This document shows positions 50,329 to 64,000 of a stretch of DNA of 64,000 nucleotides, piece by piece. The DNA is from Paramecium tetraurelia (lineage: Eukaryota). Where the stretch lies: positions 438,728 through 502,727 of the forward strand of contig CT868219.1 in assembly GCA_000165425.1 (NCBI GenBank), written 5' to 3'. The notes beneath the pieces were generated by a model. The model saw only the letters and a program-made list of their open reading frames with translations, did no database searches and was not told the DNA's origin. The number at the start of each line of letters is the position of its first letter. Position 1 is the stretch's first letter. The position numbers and the translations under genes were made by a program.

Positions 50329-53300
50329 TCAATCATCACTCATCAGTAGACAAGTACCACTGAGAATCCATTTGGAGGGGTCTGAATCCTCATTTTCCAT
50401 ATTAAGATTTGCTGTAAATACAAATGTAGGTCCTCTCATTGATGTTACGTAAACTGGACATTAATATTATCCAATCTTCTTCTTTTTCTCGGCAGTCACA
50501 GCAATCACATTAACAACTGGTAATTTTGGATGTAATTCCTTCTATTTCTATTCGATCAAGTATCCTTCTTATCCTTAACCACCCAATTCCCATGCAGCTC
50601 CTTCCAAATACAAACCATGAATATAAGCACCAGTCTCAGCCGAAACAGTAACTTCTTCATGTCCTTTGATTGCTGTCACATTTGTTTACAAGACCATCTA
50701 AATAATATAAATAATAATATCTTACATCATCTAAAGGTAATCCTTGTTCTCTAGCAGTCTTCTACATAATGGCAGTCAAAAATGACATGGGATTAAACAA
50801 ATAACTAATACACAATGAAATTGGGGTGACCATCTCTTGTGTCCATACTGCTAATTAGTTTGTTCTTTCAATTAAATCATTGAACCAGGCAGCCAAACCC
50901 TTTCTTGAGAAATAAGCAAACTTCTCCCAACTGGCAGGGACTTTATTGAATTGTAATGATAGAGATAAGGCTTCCATTTAATCTGTGATATTCAAAGCAC
51001 CTGTCATACCAAGTCTAAGATCCTCAAGTGATCTTCTGATTTCACCTAATAAGATGTTCATTCTTTCACATTCTTATAAACAGACAATTTGATCTGGTGT
51101 CTTTTCTGATGCCTTAGCTGTGACATCCATTAAATTAGTATCAGCAGGAGTTGTAGATTTTAATAATGTCAATTAAGTCATGACTCCATCATCTTTTTTA
51201 CCTCCACCACCACTGCTAGATCCTCCTTGAACATCCAAAATGGTACTGAATAAGGTTTCACATTATTATGTCAAGTAACCAATTTCGGCATTTGGATGCA
51301 TACCAAACATTTATGGAGATTCAATTGGTAATTTCTTCTCAATGTATTCCTTATATTATTCATATTCGAATCTTGAAGGATCTGGTGATTTAAATCCTGG
51401 ACCCAAACTGAAATTTGGTTGTAATAATTCTGGTTTAATTAAGACTTTCAAATATGTGGCATTAGTTCTTCTATCCCAATCGTCTGTAATGTGTCCACCA
51501 TACATAATTTCACCAAAAATATATTTCAAATCATCCCAAGGGACAACATCATATTTGGACAAATAATTATACAAGACATTAGCACATATGGTTAGATCAC
51601 CATCATTGAAGTTGTAAATTCTAGACCATCCCTAAGCACCAAACTTCTTTTCTACCCAAGACTAAGGAATGGAAATGGCATAAAGCAAATAAGCATGCCT
51701 TGAATTCTTATGGTTTCTTTTAACATTTATTTAAGAATTCTTAATCAAAGTGAGCATAGGCTCTTCTGAGATTAGCCTTTAAATCTTAAGGTGCTTCATT
51801 AGCGACCTTAACAGATGCTTATAGAATAGATTCTGGAATAATCTTCATTTCAGGCAGAGGAGGAGGTTCTGATGAAATGAACACTCTAAAGTTTGGATGA
51901 TGTTTAGCATAAACTGTTTCAAGATATCCTTCCAAACCATTAAGACCTGTCAACCAATTTTACATTAAATGTACATTTTGTAACATAATCCAATGTCCTT
52001 AAACAGCACAATCCAATAATGCTTTTCTAGCAATTTCTTCTTGACCTTGACCCATAGAGATGTTGATGAATTTGCCATTAAATGATGTGATATCATATTA
52101 GGCAGCCACTCTTTCCACTTCAGGAGTAGGATCAACTCCTGGGAATAAGACGAAGAAAATAGGTGTGGTTGGAGCCATCTCACTAAAGGTTTCAAAGATA
52201 GAGAATGGAGGTTATTCAACATACTTATCTCCCATTTCTTCAGCAACATAATTAGCCATAGCTGATGTCAATCTATCAGGTCTCATTGTTCTTAGTAATA
52301 GTAATCTATGGAATTTCTTAAGATGACTGAAAGCCTTTGGTAGATCACTGATTTCAGCCTTTTCTTCATTATACCATTTCTTCCATTGGAGATTGTCAAC
52401 TTCTAAACTTTATCCAAGACCATTAAATTCAGGGATTGATTCCAAAGCTTTGCAACATGCCCAAATAGTATCATTCAAGAATGATTTCAATGATTCAGGC
52501 ATAGGAGGAGGATTTAATTCAATTTTACCAATAATCAAATGGTCAACTTATTCTTTTGGTAATTTTCCTGCTTTCAAATTGATTCTCAAAGTAAGCATAG
52601 TTGATACAATCAACTTATGTCTTTCGAACAATCCTCTTCTGGCATATTGGAAAGATGTATAAGTAATACTTTCAATCAATTAATTAACTCTCTTTCTCAA
52701 TGATTATGGAGTAAGTTGATCGTCATCAGCAGCTCTCTTCTATTCTTCAGCTTATTCTTCTTTCTTTTGTTCTCCTTCTTCACCTTCCTTAGCTTCTCCT
52801 CCTTCTTCTCCTTCTCCTTATTAACCTTCTCCTTATTCTCCTTCTTATTATTCCCCTTATTATTATTCTTCTTATTGTTATTCTTATTATTATTCCTCTT
52901 GTTATTCTTCTTATTATTCTCCTTCTTCTCCTTCAGCTGCTTCTTCATCTTCTCCTTCCTTCTTCTTTCCAAGATCAATCTAAGCTGCTGCTTTCTCATC
53001 CAACATGACACCTGTTTGTACATGCTTATGTTCAGAAATTAAATCAATAGCTCTATGAACTACAACCAAATAAGATTCTAAAGAATATTTATAGAAAGAG
53101 TGGATCTTAGATAGATCTGTCAATAAGAAATAAATTAAGGCGCCCCTTGCAGCTGCATTTCTGTATTATTCTGATGTTTCATTGATTTTAGCTTCAGTGG
53201 CCTTAGCAATTTCTACTTTTTCAGCAATTTCTGTAGAGATCTTCTTAGAGTATTCTAAATTTTCAATCAAAGCAATATCTTCTAAAATATCACCTTCAGC

Positions 53301-56300
53301 ATTTGCTAATTTATATAATAATTCATCTTCCAATTCTTTTAATTTAATTTTGAATGAATTTTATTGTTAAATCAATTCTACCTTCTTCTAAGCCAAATCT
53401 GGTCTTTCTCTACCAACAACCAAGGCTAATAATTAATCACTTAAACCATCTTCAGTGACAGTGAAATTGATAAGAGTAGCTTCTGCTTAGATTTCAGGAG
53501 GATAATGTGGATTACTTAATTATGTGTGTAAGAACAATTAGAATTTAGGATGAACATCCAATTCTTAACCAGCGAATTTAATCTTCTTTTATCCTGAACT
53601 TTTGATGATAAATTGTCTTGCAATAACAGGCATTAAAACTGCATCTATTCTTTCATCCATATTTTCAATTAAACATGGATTACCAGCTTAGATAGAGAAT
53701 TCAATTTATCTATTTGTATTTTTTTATCCAATACGTAAGATCTTCATATTGTTTGAAGATTCCTTTTCTTTAATCCATTTGATTCCTTATAATTAAGGAT
53801 CTATGATCAATGGATATCTTTTCAGAGTTAGTTAAAATGGTACCATTTTCAGTACTGACAGCATCACTTGGCAATAATTATTGATTCCATTTTGCAATAG
53901 TACTTTCATCTGTCAATAATTTCACTGGATCAGCATTATTACTAAGTGGAACTTTGTTATCAATGATGAATTTCAGGAAGTAGTCCTTAATCATAACATC
54001 TCTGAATCTCTTGTTGAATGGACCAGCATATGAGACAAAGGCAGCTGAAACTAAAACATCTCCACTTAATAATTAAATTTAGCCTTCTAACATTTTAATT
54101 GCTTAATCCCAACGTTCATTTTCACTTCCTAAGGCTTTAACTAAACGATTGGCAGAATTAAGTCTCTTTTCACATTTGGCAGCTTAATCTAAGGCAGCTT
54201 ATAATTGTGCCATAGCTTTATTATAATCAGCAGTCAAAACAGCTAATCTATCATTTAATTCCTTCACTTGTTCTTAGACTTTAGCCAATTTTGCATTAGC
54301 ATCATCCAATTATTGAATAGCTTCTTTAAGTGCTTATCTCTTAGGTTCTACAATTTGGATGACATCATAATATTTGACAATGTTGATAACCCAATCGCAT
54401 AGACCTCTAGCAGCTGATGATTTATTAGCCATAGTTTATGCATTGAAATGTTCTAAATTCAAATAGTTTTTCTTAACAAAATCTACATTTGTTGTGGGTA
54501 CTTGATTTGCATCTACAATATCTTTGAAACCCATGAGTTTATTCAACAATTCTTTTGGCTTTTGCATCATCTTTTATGCACTCTTCCAATCATAAGCTTT
54601 AGGTTTCTTTGATTTTGGATCAACTTCGATTTGTTCATTATAGAATCCAGCCAATAAGAAAATGGTAGCTGAGAAGACATCTGGTACACCAGAAGGTGGA
54701 GTAGCAAAGTTCTTAGCAACTTAGAAATCTTTTTCACTCAACCCATTCAAGGCAGCCTTGGCTTATTCAACAAGTGGGATAGCAGCATCTAAATCTGCTT
54801 GGGTGGATGTCTTTTTCTATTCAACATCTTATTTGATGGTTGAACATTTAGCTTCTTCATCTGCTGCCTTTGCATTTTCAACTTCAGCCTTTGCTTTTTC
54901 TTTACCAACAACTTCAGCTACTTGATTAGCTTCATTCTTAATTTATTCAGCTTCTTATTGTTTTTCCTTGACTTGAATTTCAATTTCAGCCACTAAAGCT
55001 TAGGTAGATCTCAATTTGATAAGACCATTTTCATATCTTTCCTTATTCTTTTCAAGCATTCCCTTCTTAGTCTTCAACATGAAAATATATAATTTGATCA
55101 ATTCTAAGAATGATTTAGGTGTAGTATAGACATATCTTCTTTCTTATTCTAACAATTTGACTGATAAATCATTAACTAATTTGAATGAGAATGGCATGAA
55201 TTTAACAATAGCCTCTCTAACTTAATCTGTGGGTACATCAATATCTTTTAAGAATTGTTAAGCAACATTATAGAGAGCATCTTAAGGCCAAGGTTGGAAC
55301 CAATCAATGACAGTAGAGTTGACAAGAGCAGGGAATTGACGAGCTCTTTTACGGAGTGATTCACCTACTGGTGAGAAACACAAGGTCATATGTAAATTCT
55401 ATCTAACTTTATCAATAAACCATCCCCAACATGAATCTCTTGTATCTGGTCTACCATCAGCCTTTACTTTAGGTCTAATTTGATTTATCAACACTTCCTT
55501 TTCATCTGAGTTATAGAGTTCTGCCACTTCTCCTGAAGATAGTAGATCATTGATGTATGTTAAGAATCTCTCGTTTGTAATTTGACCTTCATTGAATAAG
55601 AACATAATAGGTTCATCTTTGACACCTGATTTCTAGTAAAGTAATTACAAGTCAGTTCTTAGATCATTCATACCATAATTGCTTGAGATAGTAATCATGA
55701 AGAGTGTGTATGTCATAATGAATGCAGCCAATTTAGTTAACGATTATTTACCACTACCTCCTACTCCTACTAATAATGAATGTCCTCCTGGTGGTAACAC
55801 AATTCTAGTGATTCTACATACATGTTTAAGAGCATCTTCGAATAATACTAATCCCATATAAGCAAAGTTATCATTATATTCTTTTAATGCTTCAGTGATT
55901 ACTGGTTCCAATTTATCATTTGGCATCTGATCATAAAATCTATCACCACCAATACCAGCTAAGAAGTTACAGAAGATCAGATTTTCAGGATTATCTTTTG
56001 CAAAGAATCTACTGAAATTGAATTTGGTGAATTATTTCTTTAACAAATCGAACATCAATGCCTTATAGGTATTAAGATTATCCATTGAGACTAATCTATC
56101 ACCATATGTTCTTTCAGATTCATGAACCCATAATCTTATTAATTTATCTGAATCAATAAATTTAGCAGGATCGGCTAATAACAATCCTTATATAACATTG
56201 GAAATATGTCTAAGATTGAATTCATAATGGAAATTTATGGCTGTCTTTCTGAAATTCTATATGACACTTGTATGTAATTATAAAGCAGCTTTGATAATTG

Positions 56301-59300
56301 CAGGTCCATTTTCAGTGACAGCTGGTTTGAATCTCTTAAGATGTCCTGATAGGAATGTGTTGTAGATTAAGAACAAACTTTCATTGTCAGGAATAGGAAT
56401 GGAAACAGTCCAAAAGTGTCTTTGATATCTTGGATTAACAAAGAATGAACCAGCTGATGGATTCATAGCAGCAATTGTTTGAGTGTTGATGATATCCTTC
56501 AAACTCAATTTACTTAAATCATACCAATGACCATAATCTGCATGTTATCTTAACAATGCAATAGCTGTCTAAGTATCATATGGATCTAATTAAGGCATGT
56601 TCAAATCATCAATGAAATATATTAATTTTCCTTTTCCTTAAGGTCCAAATTGTCTACCTGCCTTCTTTTCCAATTATTGTTCCAATTGTGCCTATAAATA
56701 AGTTGAATCAGTATAATAATTGAAATTGATTAATTGATAAGTAAAATTATCTGGTTGAGCTTTCACGATATCTCTCAAAATACCCTTGGCCAATTAAGTT
56801 TTACCACAACCGGATTAACCAATCATCAAAACTGGTTGTTAAACATAAATAAATTATTTAACTAATTCACTTGTAGCCAAAGTTTCTTTAGTTGGCACTG
56901 TAATATTACCCATAACCATTGATTAAGGATCAAAATCTATATTAGATAATCTTTTAGCCCATTCATCGAATTTAACATTCTCTGAATTTTATTCAACAAA
57001 GTAATCAAATACTGTACCCTTACTTGGGAATTTTACTGAAGTCTTCCATTCACCTTTCCACCAATTAGAGAAATCCTTACGATAATCAATGGAGTCTTTT
57101 TCAGATAAAACACCTCCAATAGCCCAAACACAGCAATACACGAAATGATATTCCATATTCTTCACTTCTCCTTATAATAATGGCAATAAGGCTTTGCATA
57201 ATGAGATAATCATAGAAATTGGATTGACTGGAATCAAAGTCTTACAATGTTTCTTTAAGAATAGTAAAGTACCTTCAATATATCTATCAAATAGTTTTTG
57301 TAAATCTTATTTAAATTTATCATCATTAAAGTTATTCTTAACCCATGATTTCACGTAGGCTCTCCATTAATACCCCTTGTCATCTGAAATATATAAGATA
57401 CCAGCTCTAGACACTGTGGCAGGAGTAGCAAAACGAAGATCTCTGATTTCAAAAAGCATTCTCATGTGTGGTTTCAATGGAATTCTTTCATTATTTGCCA
57501 ACGTCAATATCTTATTGTCATCCATCACTGAATTCATAGACTCAATCCAATTAGCATCTAAATCTCCATCAAGTAATATCCATTTAGGATTAACATCTTG
57601 AATTTCACTTAGAGATCTCAAAACCTTTGAAACTAAACCATCTTTCCATTCCTTTGTTGGTAAATTGTAACCATACAAATCTCTAGTACTAACGACCTTT
57701 GGATCTAAATCAACCACTGTTGTCTTCTTACCAGCCTTATCTTAAGCTTTAGCCAACATTTTCCATGTGGTTGATTTACCAGCTCCTGGTGGACCCATTA
57801 CGAAAATACAATGTCTAATTTCTAATAATTCTGATGCTTGAACAATCTTCAAAATATAATCGGGGTCTGGATCCAATCTATTTTCAGCAGTAACTTATTC
57901 AATGATTCCTTCAAATGCCATATCTCTCTTTCTTGGAATATTGATATTTGGGAATAGATCTGATAATAATCCTGAGAAAACATCCAAATCTTAAAATGCG
58001 ATCTTTGGAATATTGAAATCTCTCAATGCTCTCATCAAAAGTGCCTATTCTGCAATATTTGCTTCTGCTCTCTTAAACCACCAGCAACGACTAAGACTGA
58101 TTTAATAGCTCTAAGTCCCCAATCATAATGCAATTATTTTGATAATAAATCTCTGCATAACATATATAAAGTAACGAATTTATGTGCTAATGTCTTTGCC
58201 TCTTCAAATCCTTCAGCCATCAACATGTTTTCACAAATCAATTCTAAATCTGGAACAACCACTGTAATTGGTCTAAACAATGCTTTCAATCCTTCTGGTA
58301 ATTCTGCTCTTCCCAAATAACCTGGATTCATTGTGATAAACACACCACAAGTTGGATCTAAAGAAATCTCACCTCCTCCTGGAAATAAAAATGTCTTTTT
58401 CTATTGTTTAATAGCATCAGTGACTGCCTTGAATTAGACTGAACAGACTGACAAGACTTCTGGTAATAAACGATTAAATTCATCAAAACAACCCCAACAT
58501 CCAGAACTAGCAAGTCCCTTATAGATATTACCCATAGATTCATAATTCATTTCTGAACTGCAATTGAATACGTAGCATGCTTTAGCTAAAGCATTAGCCA
58601 AATCTTTAGTGGTTTCTGTTTTACCAGTTCCAGCAGGACCAGCAGGTGCACAACCCATCTTTAAATGCAATGCTTAAGTGGCTGTGACGTAGATACGATC
58701 TGTCAATGGCGTAATAACCAATCTTGGACCATTACCCAAATATTCATATGAATAATTGAAAGATGCATCAGCAATTCTAATAAGAGCATCATTATTGACC
58801 CAATAGAATTTCAATTAAGATTGCCATTAAAATTCATCTGGTTTACGAACATGTTCATCAATCAATTTACCAATAGTATCTCTTGAGTGAGCATCCATAG
58901 TAATCAAACACATCAACTTTTATCTTAATGATTTAGTTAAATCTCCTCTAACAAATCTAATTAATTCAGTAAGAGCTTCAACACTTCTCTTATAATAATC
59001 TTTGAGGGCATTCATATCTCCATTAGCTATTTTTCCAAATGCTTCTTCTACTTAAACTGACCACATAATATTATTGACTAATAAAGCAATTTAAGCTGGA
59101 TCTTAATCAATCCAAGTTTTTCTATCCATTTGTAATTGGCATGTCTTAGAATCATAACATCCAAATGATTTCTTGGCTAATTCTCTTAGAGTATCAATCA
59201 TAGAATCAATCATGGCTTATAAATAGGTTTCAACTTTATTTAACAATTACAATGGTTTAACTAAAGATACTTCTTCTTGACCAACGCATGTAATCATCTT

Positions 59301-62300
59301 TTTGGCAAATGGTCTTTCATTATCATTTTCTTATAATTCTAATTTATCAATAGCTTAGAAGATCTTCGACATATGTCTGTTAATTTTTGCAGGTGAATTA
59401 CCATTTGAAAGAATATCCAATAGATCATTGACACTAACGAAATAGAATCTTGGGAATGCTCTTCTTTTAGAATCCAAAAATTCGTTCAATGCTTTTTCAC
59501 AGACCTTCAAATCAGCTTATATTTTTTCTAATGATTTCAACATATTTGGTTATGTACAGAACTTCAAGATAATCTTAATTTAGCAACCAGATTCCATAAT
59601 TTCTTTCATATTCTTATCAATTCCAACAAATTATTCTGATTCCTTGGGTAATTCCTTCTTGACTTCTTCTGATTGAATAAATAAGTTTTCCAAGAAGGAC
59701 CATGTTTTCTGTACTTCTGATAATAATTAAATAACATCATAAATTGCTCCTAAATCCTATTTCCATTTTTCAACATCTTTCTCAAAGAATTTCACATATT
59801 TACTCAATAACATATTGTTGACCTATAATTAATGTTCTTCCAAGGTTTCAAAATGTTCATCCAACATTTTCAAAGTTCTGATATCAGTATCCTTATGTTT
59901 CAACAATTCAAATTGAACATCCTTCCAGAATGTATCTACCTTGATAATTCCCTTTTCCATTTTTAATTCTTATTTTGCTTATTCAGAGATATCTTCAATT
60001 TTTTCTCTAAAGTCGAAAAGTTTAAGATTCCAAATAACATCTAATTCCATATCATCTCCAATTGCAAAGTCTTGATTTACAACAACCTTGACTTCTTTCC
60101 AATGTCTACTATCAGTTGTATTCATAGCTGGATCTTTTAATTCAGTTAATAAAGGAATGAAAGTACCCCATTTACGTAAATCTTCATTAATACCAGTGAA
60201 TACATTTGATCTTTTATCAATACCCTTCATATCAATTAAGAATTTACGAAGCTTTTTCACTTCATCTTCCATATCATTTGGATCTATAGTTGCCCATTTA
60301 TATCTCTTGTAATCTGAGAATTTTTATTCACATTTCTTGATGTGTTCCCATAATAATTATACAGCAGCTACTTCTTATTTGATAGCATCTAAATTTTTTT
60401 AGCAACCAACAACCTCATCTGGGAAGTTGAACATTTTTGAATAATATTCATAATTTTAAAGTGTTTTTGTGAATTTATCTATTTAAGCTTAGACTTCAGT
60501 AAATCTTTCTTATGAATCTTTAATACCAGTTTTATATTAATAAAATGTTTCTTTTTTAAGACCTTGTAAATATTCTTTTAATTATTCTTCGAATTTCTTA
60601 ATCTTTTCTTTGGTCTTATCAGCTTCTTATTTGACTGGACCACTTATGTCTTTTTCAACTGTTTATGAAATCTTTAATAAATTTTTCCATTCTTCTTGCA
60701 TCTTGTTCACTTTTTTGATTTCTGTTTCTTTTTTCATATCATGTTTTTCTAGTGTTCTTAATATTTATTCATTTTCATCTAATAACAAAAGAATGTTTTC
60801 TTTTTCATCTGAAATCTTTTTAAGATTCTCCATAACCTCTAATAAACTATTGACATCTTCTTAGATATTCTTATCTTTGATATTAATATTATCTCTGGAT
60901 GTGTCAATAAGTTTATTAATTTCTTCATTCTTATTAGTAACATAATTAACTAATTATTAGCCTGTATATTGGTTATTTTTAATTCCAACACCATCTAAAA
61001 ATTATGCTTTCTTAGGAGCACCTCTAATTTCATTAAATTCACCTCTTTCATTTTTTAATTTAACATTAACAATAACTTCACATGGTTCTTCAATTTAATA
61101 TTTAACAATATAAGATCCATCATCATTATCATGAATAGAGTATTTGATGTTAGCTTTTTCTTCTAATAATTACAATCTAGATTTTTCCTATGGTACCTCT
61201 TCTTCAACTTCTTCATATTCAGATTCTTAATTTTCACCTTCTTCTCCTTCTTATTATTATTTAACCTTCTTTCTCTTAACAGTTCTCTTCTTATGAGATT
61301 CTTATTCAATTCTTTCTCTCTCTTCAGGATCCATCTACTCTAATTACTATAATCTAATGGCTTCTCTTTATCTTTCTTCTTCCAATTCTGATAAAACATC
61401 AGGTCTAGTAATTTCAATTTAAAATTCATCAGCACCACTTTCTCTATTTTAATTATTCAAATTTCTAGTTTGAATATAGAACATAGTATCTGTTTTTATT
61501 GCATTTTCTCTCAACACTCCTGGTCCAAACATTAATGACTTTTCAGCCTTTGAGTTTAAGAAATAGGAATAGAATTGACTCATAATAGTGAAATCTAATC
61601 TATCAATACTGACTTTGACTTCAGATTTTCTAGCTCCATGTTTTTCATATGAAGGTGTTTCACAAGTTAATTCAGTTGGACTTACATATACTGCTTGAAC
61701 ATCCTCTGAAGCTTTTCCTGAAAAGAATCTGACAATAATATTTTAGGAATCCTTGAATCCATCTCCCGTAATAGAGACTTTGGTTTTTCCTGTTAATGGA
61801 CCTAAACATGGTTTAATTGAATAGATAGCATATGGAGGTCCAACAATTGATGAGACATTCAATGCATATATATCATTCATCCAAGCATTTGACCATCCAC
61901 CAAACATCATAATTCTAGAATCTGAAGGATCATAAATTAAAGTAGTTGATTCTCTAGTTTTAGGTTTGACTGGTTTTTCTTCTTCTAATTACACAGGTGA
62001 CCATTTCTTAGCATCTACATCCAATACAAAAGTATCATCAACTAATCTACTTGCTGTTCTGTTACCACCTTCTTTCGAAGTTACCAACTTGTCCACCAAA
62101 AATGAAATATTTCCATGATGGAATAGATGGCACCATAATACCTGCCATATTCCACTTAGGTATTTCATGTGATATTTCTGGATCTACCCAACTATTATTA
62201 TTAATATCATATATGATGACATTTTAAAATTGCGAAATTTGATTCCATCCGCCAAAAATCATGAGTAAATCATTCTATCCCATAATTTAAGAATTGTGTC

Positions 62301-62963
62301 CTCCTCTAGGGTCAGGTGGTGTTCCACTAGGTTCTAATTGTGACCATTCAAAACTTTCACAATCTAAAACATATAAATCATTGAATGATTTAGTTGCATA
62401 TCCAACTCCTCCATGTCCTCCGAAAACATACACTTTGTTCTTATGAAATGTTGCTGAATGATTTCCTCTTGGTTCTGGTGCACCAATCTTAGATTCAGCA
62501 TTTTTAGGTTCCCCAGTTACTTTTTAATTGGGTGGTTAAGACCATTAGAAATTAGTAGTTCTTAAGATGAATGTGTCATTAAAACGGAGATTTGATGTAT
62601 AGAACCCACCAAAAATAAGCATTTTCTCAGGAGTAATGGCGCATGCTGCATGATTTGTTCTTGGCAGTGGTGGATCACCAGAACATTATACTAACTTCCA
62701 TTCACAAACATTTGGTGCTACTCTCAACGAATATACTTATATGTTAATTACAATATCTACCTTAATTATTTGGTGCTATCTTTGTATTTTTCTTTTCTGC
62801 ATCTGGTTTCTTCTCGCTGTCTAATCCTCCAAAAAGAATGTGAGTTTTTCCAACAGTTACAAAAGTATGACCTGATCTAGGTGCTGGAATTTGTCCAGAT
62901 TGCTTCACTTATACCCAAACTAATGGTTGTGGCTGTAAAAAGATATGAACATATATATACCAT
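50329..62963 (-). CDS. DYH5: axonemal outer-arm dynein heavy chain with N-terminal Kelch propeller and IPT/Ig domain (Tetrahymena DYH5 / Chlamydomonas alpha-HC type); four 1-nt frameshifts in this sequence
   Basis: Kelch repeats ([36 protein letters not shown]) and IPT ([22 protein letters not shown]). P-loops [47 protein letters not shown], and C-terminal [21 protein letters not shown]. Confidence 0.93.
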
Positions 62964-63063
62964 CTGTAATTTAAAAAAAAAAATTAATAATATCATACCA
63001 TTCCTATTCATATCACTTAAATAACTATTATATAGTAAATAAATATCATATATCTTTAAAAAT

Positions 63064-63556
63064 TCAAATTCTTTTTTGTACCTTGCCTTTCTTTTCATTG
63101 TATTCATCACTAGAAGTCATTGGAGAATGATACCCTCCTTCGCTAAACTATGTTAAATATTATTTACCCTTTTTGAAATCTCACATATTTACTATTTTTC
63201 TTTGTTCTTCTAAAATGATATTCTTTTTTTTCTTCTCCGCCTCCTTCATTCAAAACTGATTTTTAAGTTCCTGTTGTCTAAATTGGTTGTGAAATTTCTT
63301 AAACAAATGGCGATGTCTTGCTACTCTATGAAAATATTCTGTCATTCGGATTTATCTTGCCTTTCTTTTACAAATTTCCACCCAATTTAGAATTCTTCAT
63401 ACTCAAAAATCCTTCCCATCCTTTTATCACATTACCAATATGACCTGTTTCTTCCAAATATCTTGTTTCCTCGTCAAATATACTCTTCTCCAAATTTTTG
63501 AGTTCATTCTCTAAAATAAACTTCTTTTCAACAAGGTCTTAGTATCTCTTATCCAT
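63064..63556 (-). CDS. EAF6: NuA4/NuA3 histone acetyltransferase subunit Eaf6
   Basis: LENELKNLEKSIFDEETRYLEETGHIGNVIKGWEGFL..NDRIFSQSSKTSP. Confidence 0.9.
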
Positions 63557-63588
63557 TAATATATATATATATTTATATAAATTATATA

Positions 63589-64000
63589 TCATTATTTTCT
63601 TAGATATTATTCTAAATAGTATTATAGAGGACAGTTCTTTAATTCAAGAATCTACTCTATAGTAAAGAATTCAAATCTAATATCTAATTTTATAATTATC
63701 TTCGATCATCAATTTATGAATATTCTCATTAAATCAAATGCTGTTAACTTTCTTTGAGTGCTTAATCTGTGAGATAATTATGATTCTAGATGTCAAAAGT
63801 TTCCAGGCTTCAAATAAATCCTTATTTAATACCTAAACTAAATATGCTTATTTATAGATATTTTTCTAATATTAAAATTAATAAAGTACTTTCTTATTTT
63901 CTTCTAGTAGTCTAATTTTTTTTCTTAATTACTCCTCCAACATATTTAAGTTTTATCTTGATTTTTATTATCTAATGTTATTAATTTCTCATTCAATGCA
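63589..64000 (-). CDS. probable 3' end of a coiled-coil gene entering from beyond the window
   Basis: Q/K/E-rich minus-strand frame with an intron-like gtactttattaattttaatattag. Stop position tentative. Confidence 0.35.

Noticed and set aside
51648..62075. Euplotes-type programmed +1 ribosomal frameshifting in dynein
   Set aside because: The sites lack the AAA-stop signature, TAA/TAG are sense codons here, and one event goes in the opposite direction. Homopolymer errors are simpler.

Overview
This is AT-rich, gene-dense eukaryotic DNA from a ciliate macronuclear chromosome, almost certainly Paramecium. Conserved proteins read through TAA/TAG as Gln (translation table 6), TGA is the only stop, introns are tiny (about 20-35 nt, GT..AG) and intergenic gaps are often under 100 bp. 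The supplied ORF track uses the wrong code, so it fragments real genes and reports antisense shadow ORFs. Manual re-translation gives about 35 protein-coding genes. They include a Yip1 protein, the p1 subunit of the MTA1c 6mA DNA methyltransferase, BRG1/SNF2, RPS10, ERO1, CK1, a Dbf4-like protein next to GINS Psf2, an eIF4B-like protein with 55 RDN repeats, a zinc-less carbonic anhydrase-related protein, a bZIP, a formin, a PX protein, a Hook-like protein, a UBL-RPS27A fusion, an importin-beta-like protein, a Pho80-type cyclin, two ankyrin paralogs, a Kelch-containing outer-arm dynein heavy chain with four 1-nt frameshifts, and EAF6. The most striking item is at 15076-17042: a stand-alone S1-S4 voltage-sensor domain with no pore, fused to an intact class I cyclic-nucleotide phosphodiesterase, i.e. 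a candidate voltage-sensing phosphodiesterase. No tRNA, rRNA, transposon or CRISPR was recognised. Coordinates and family assignments come from hand translation and motif recall, without database searches.
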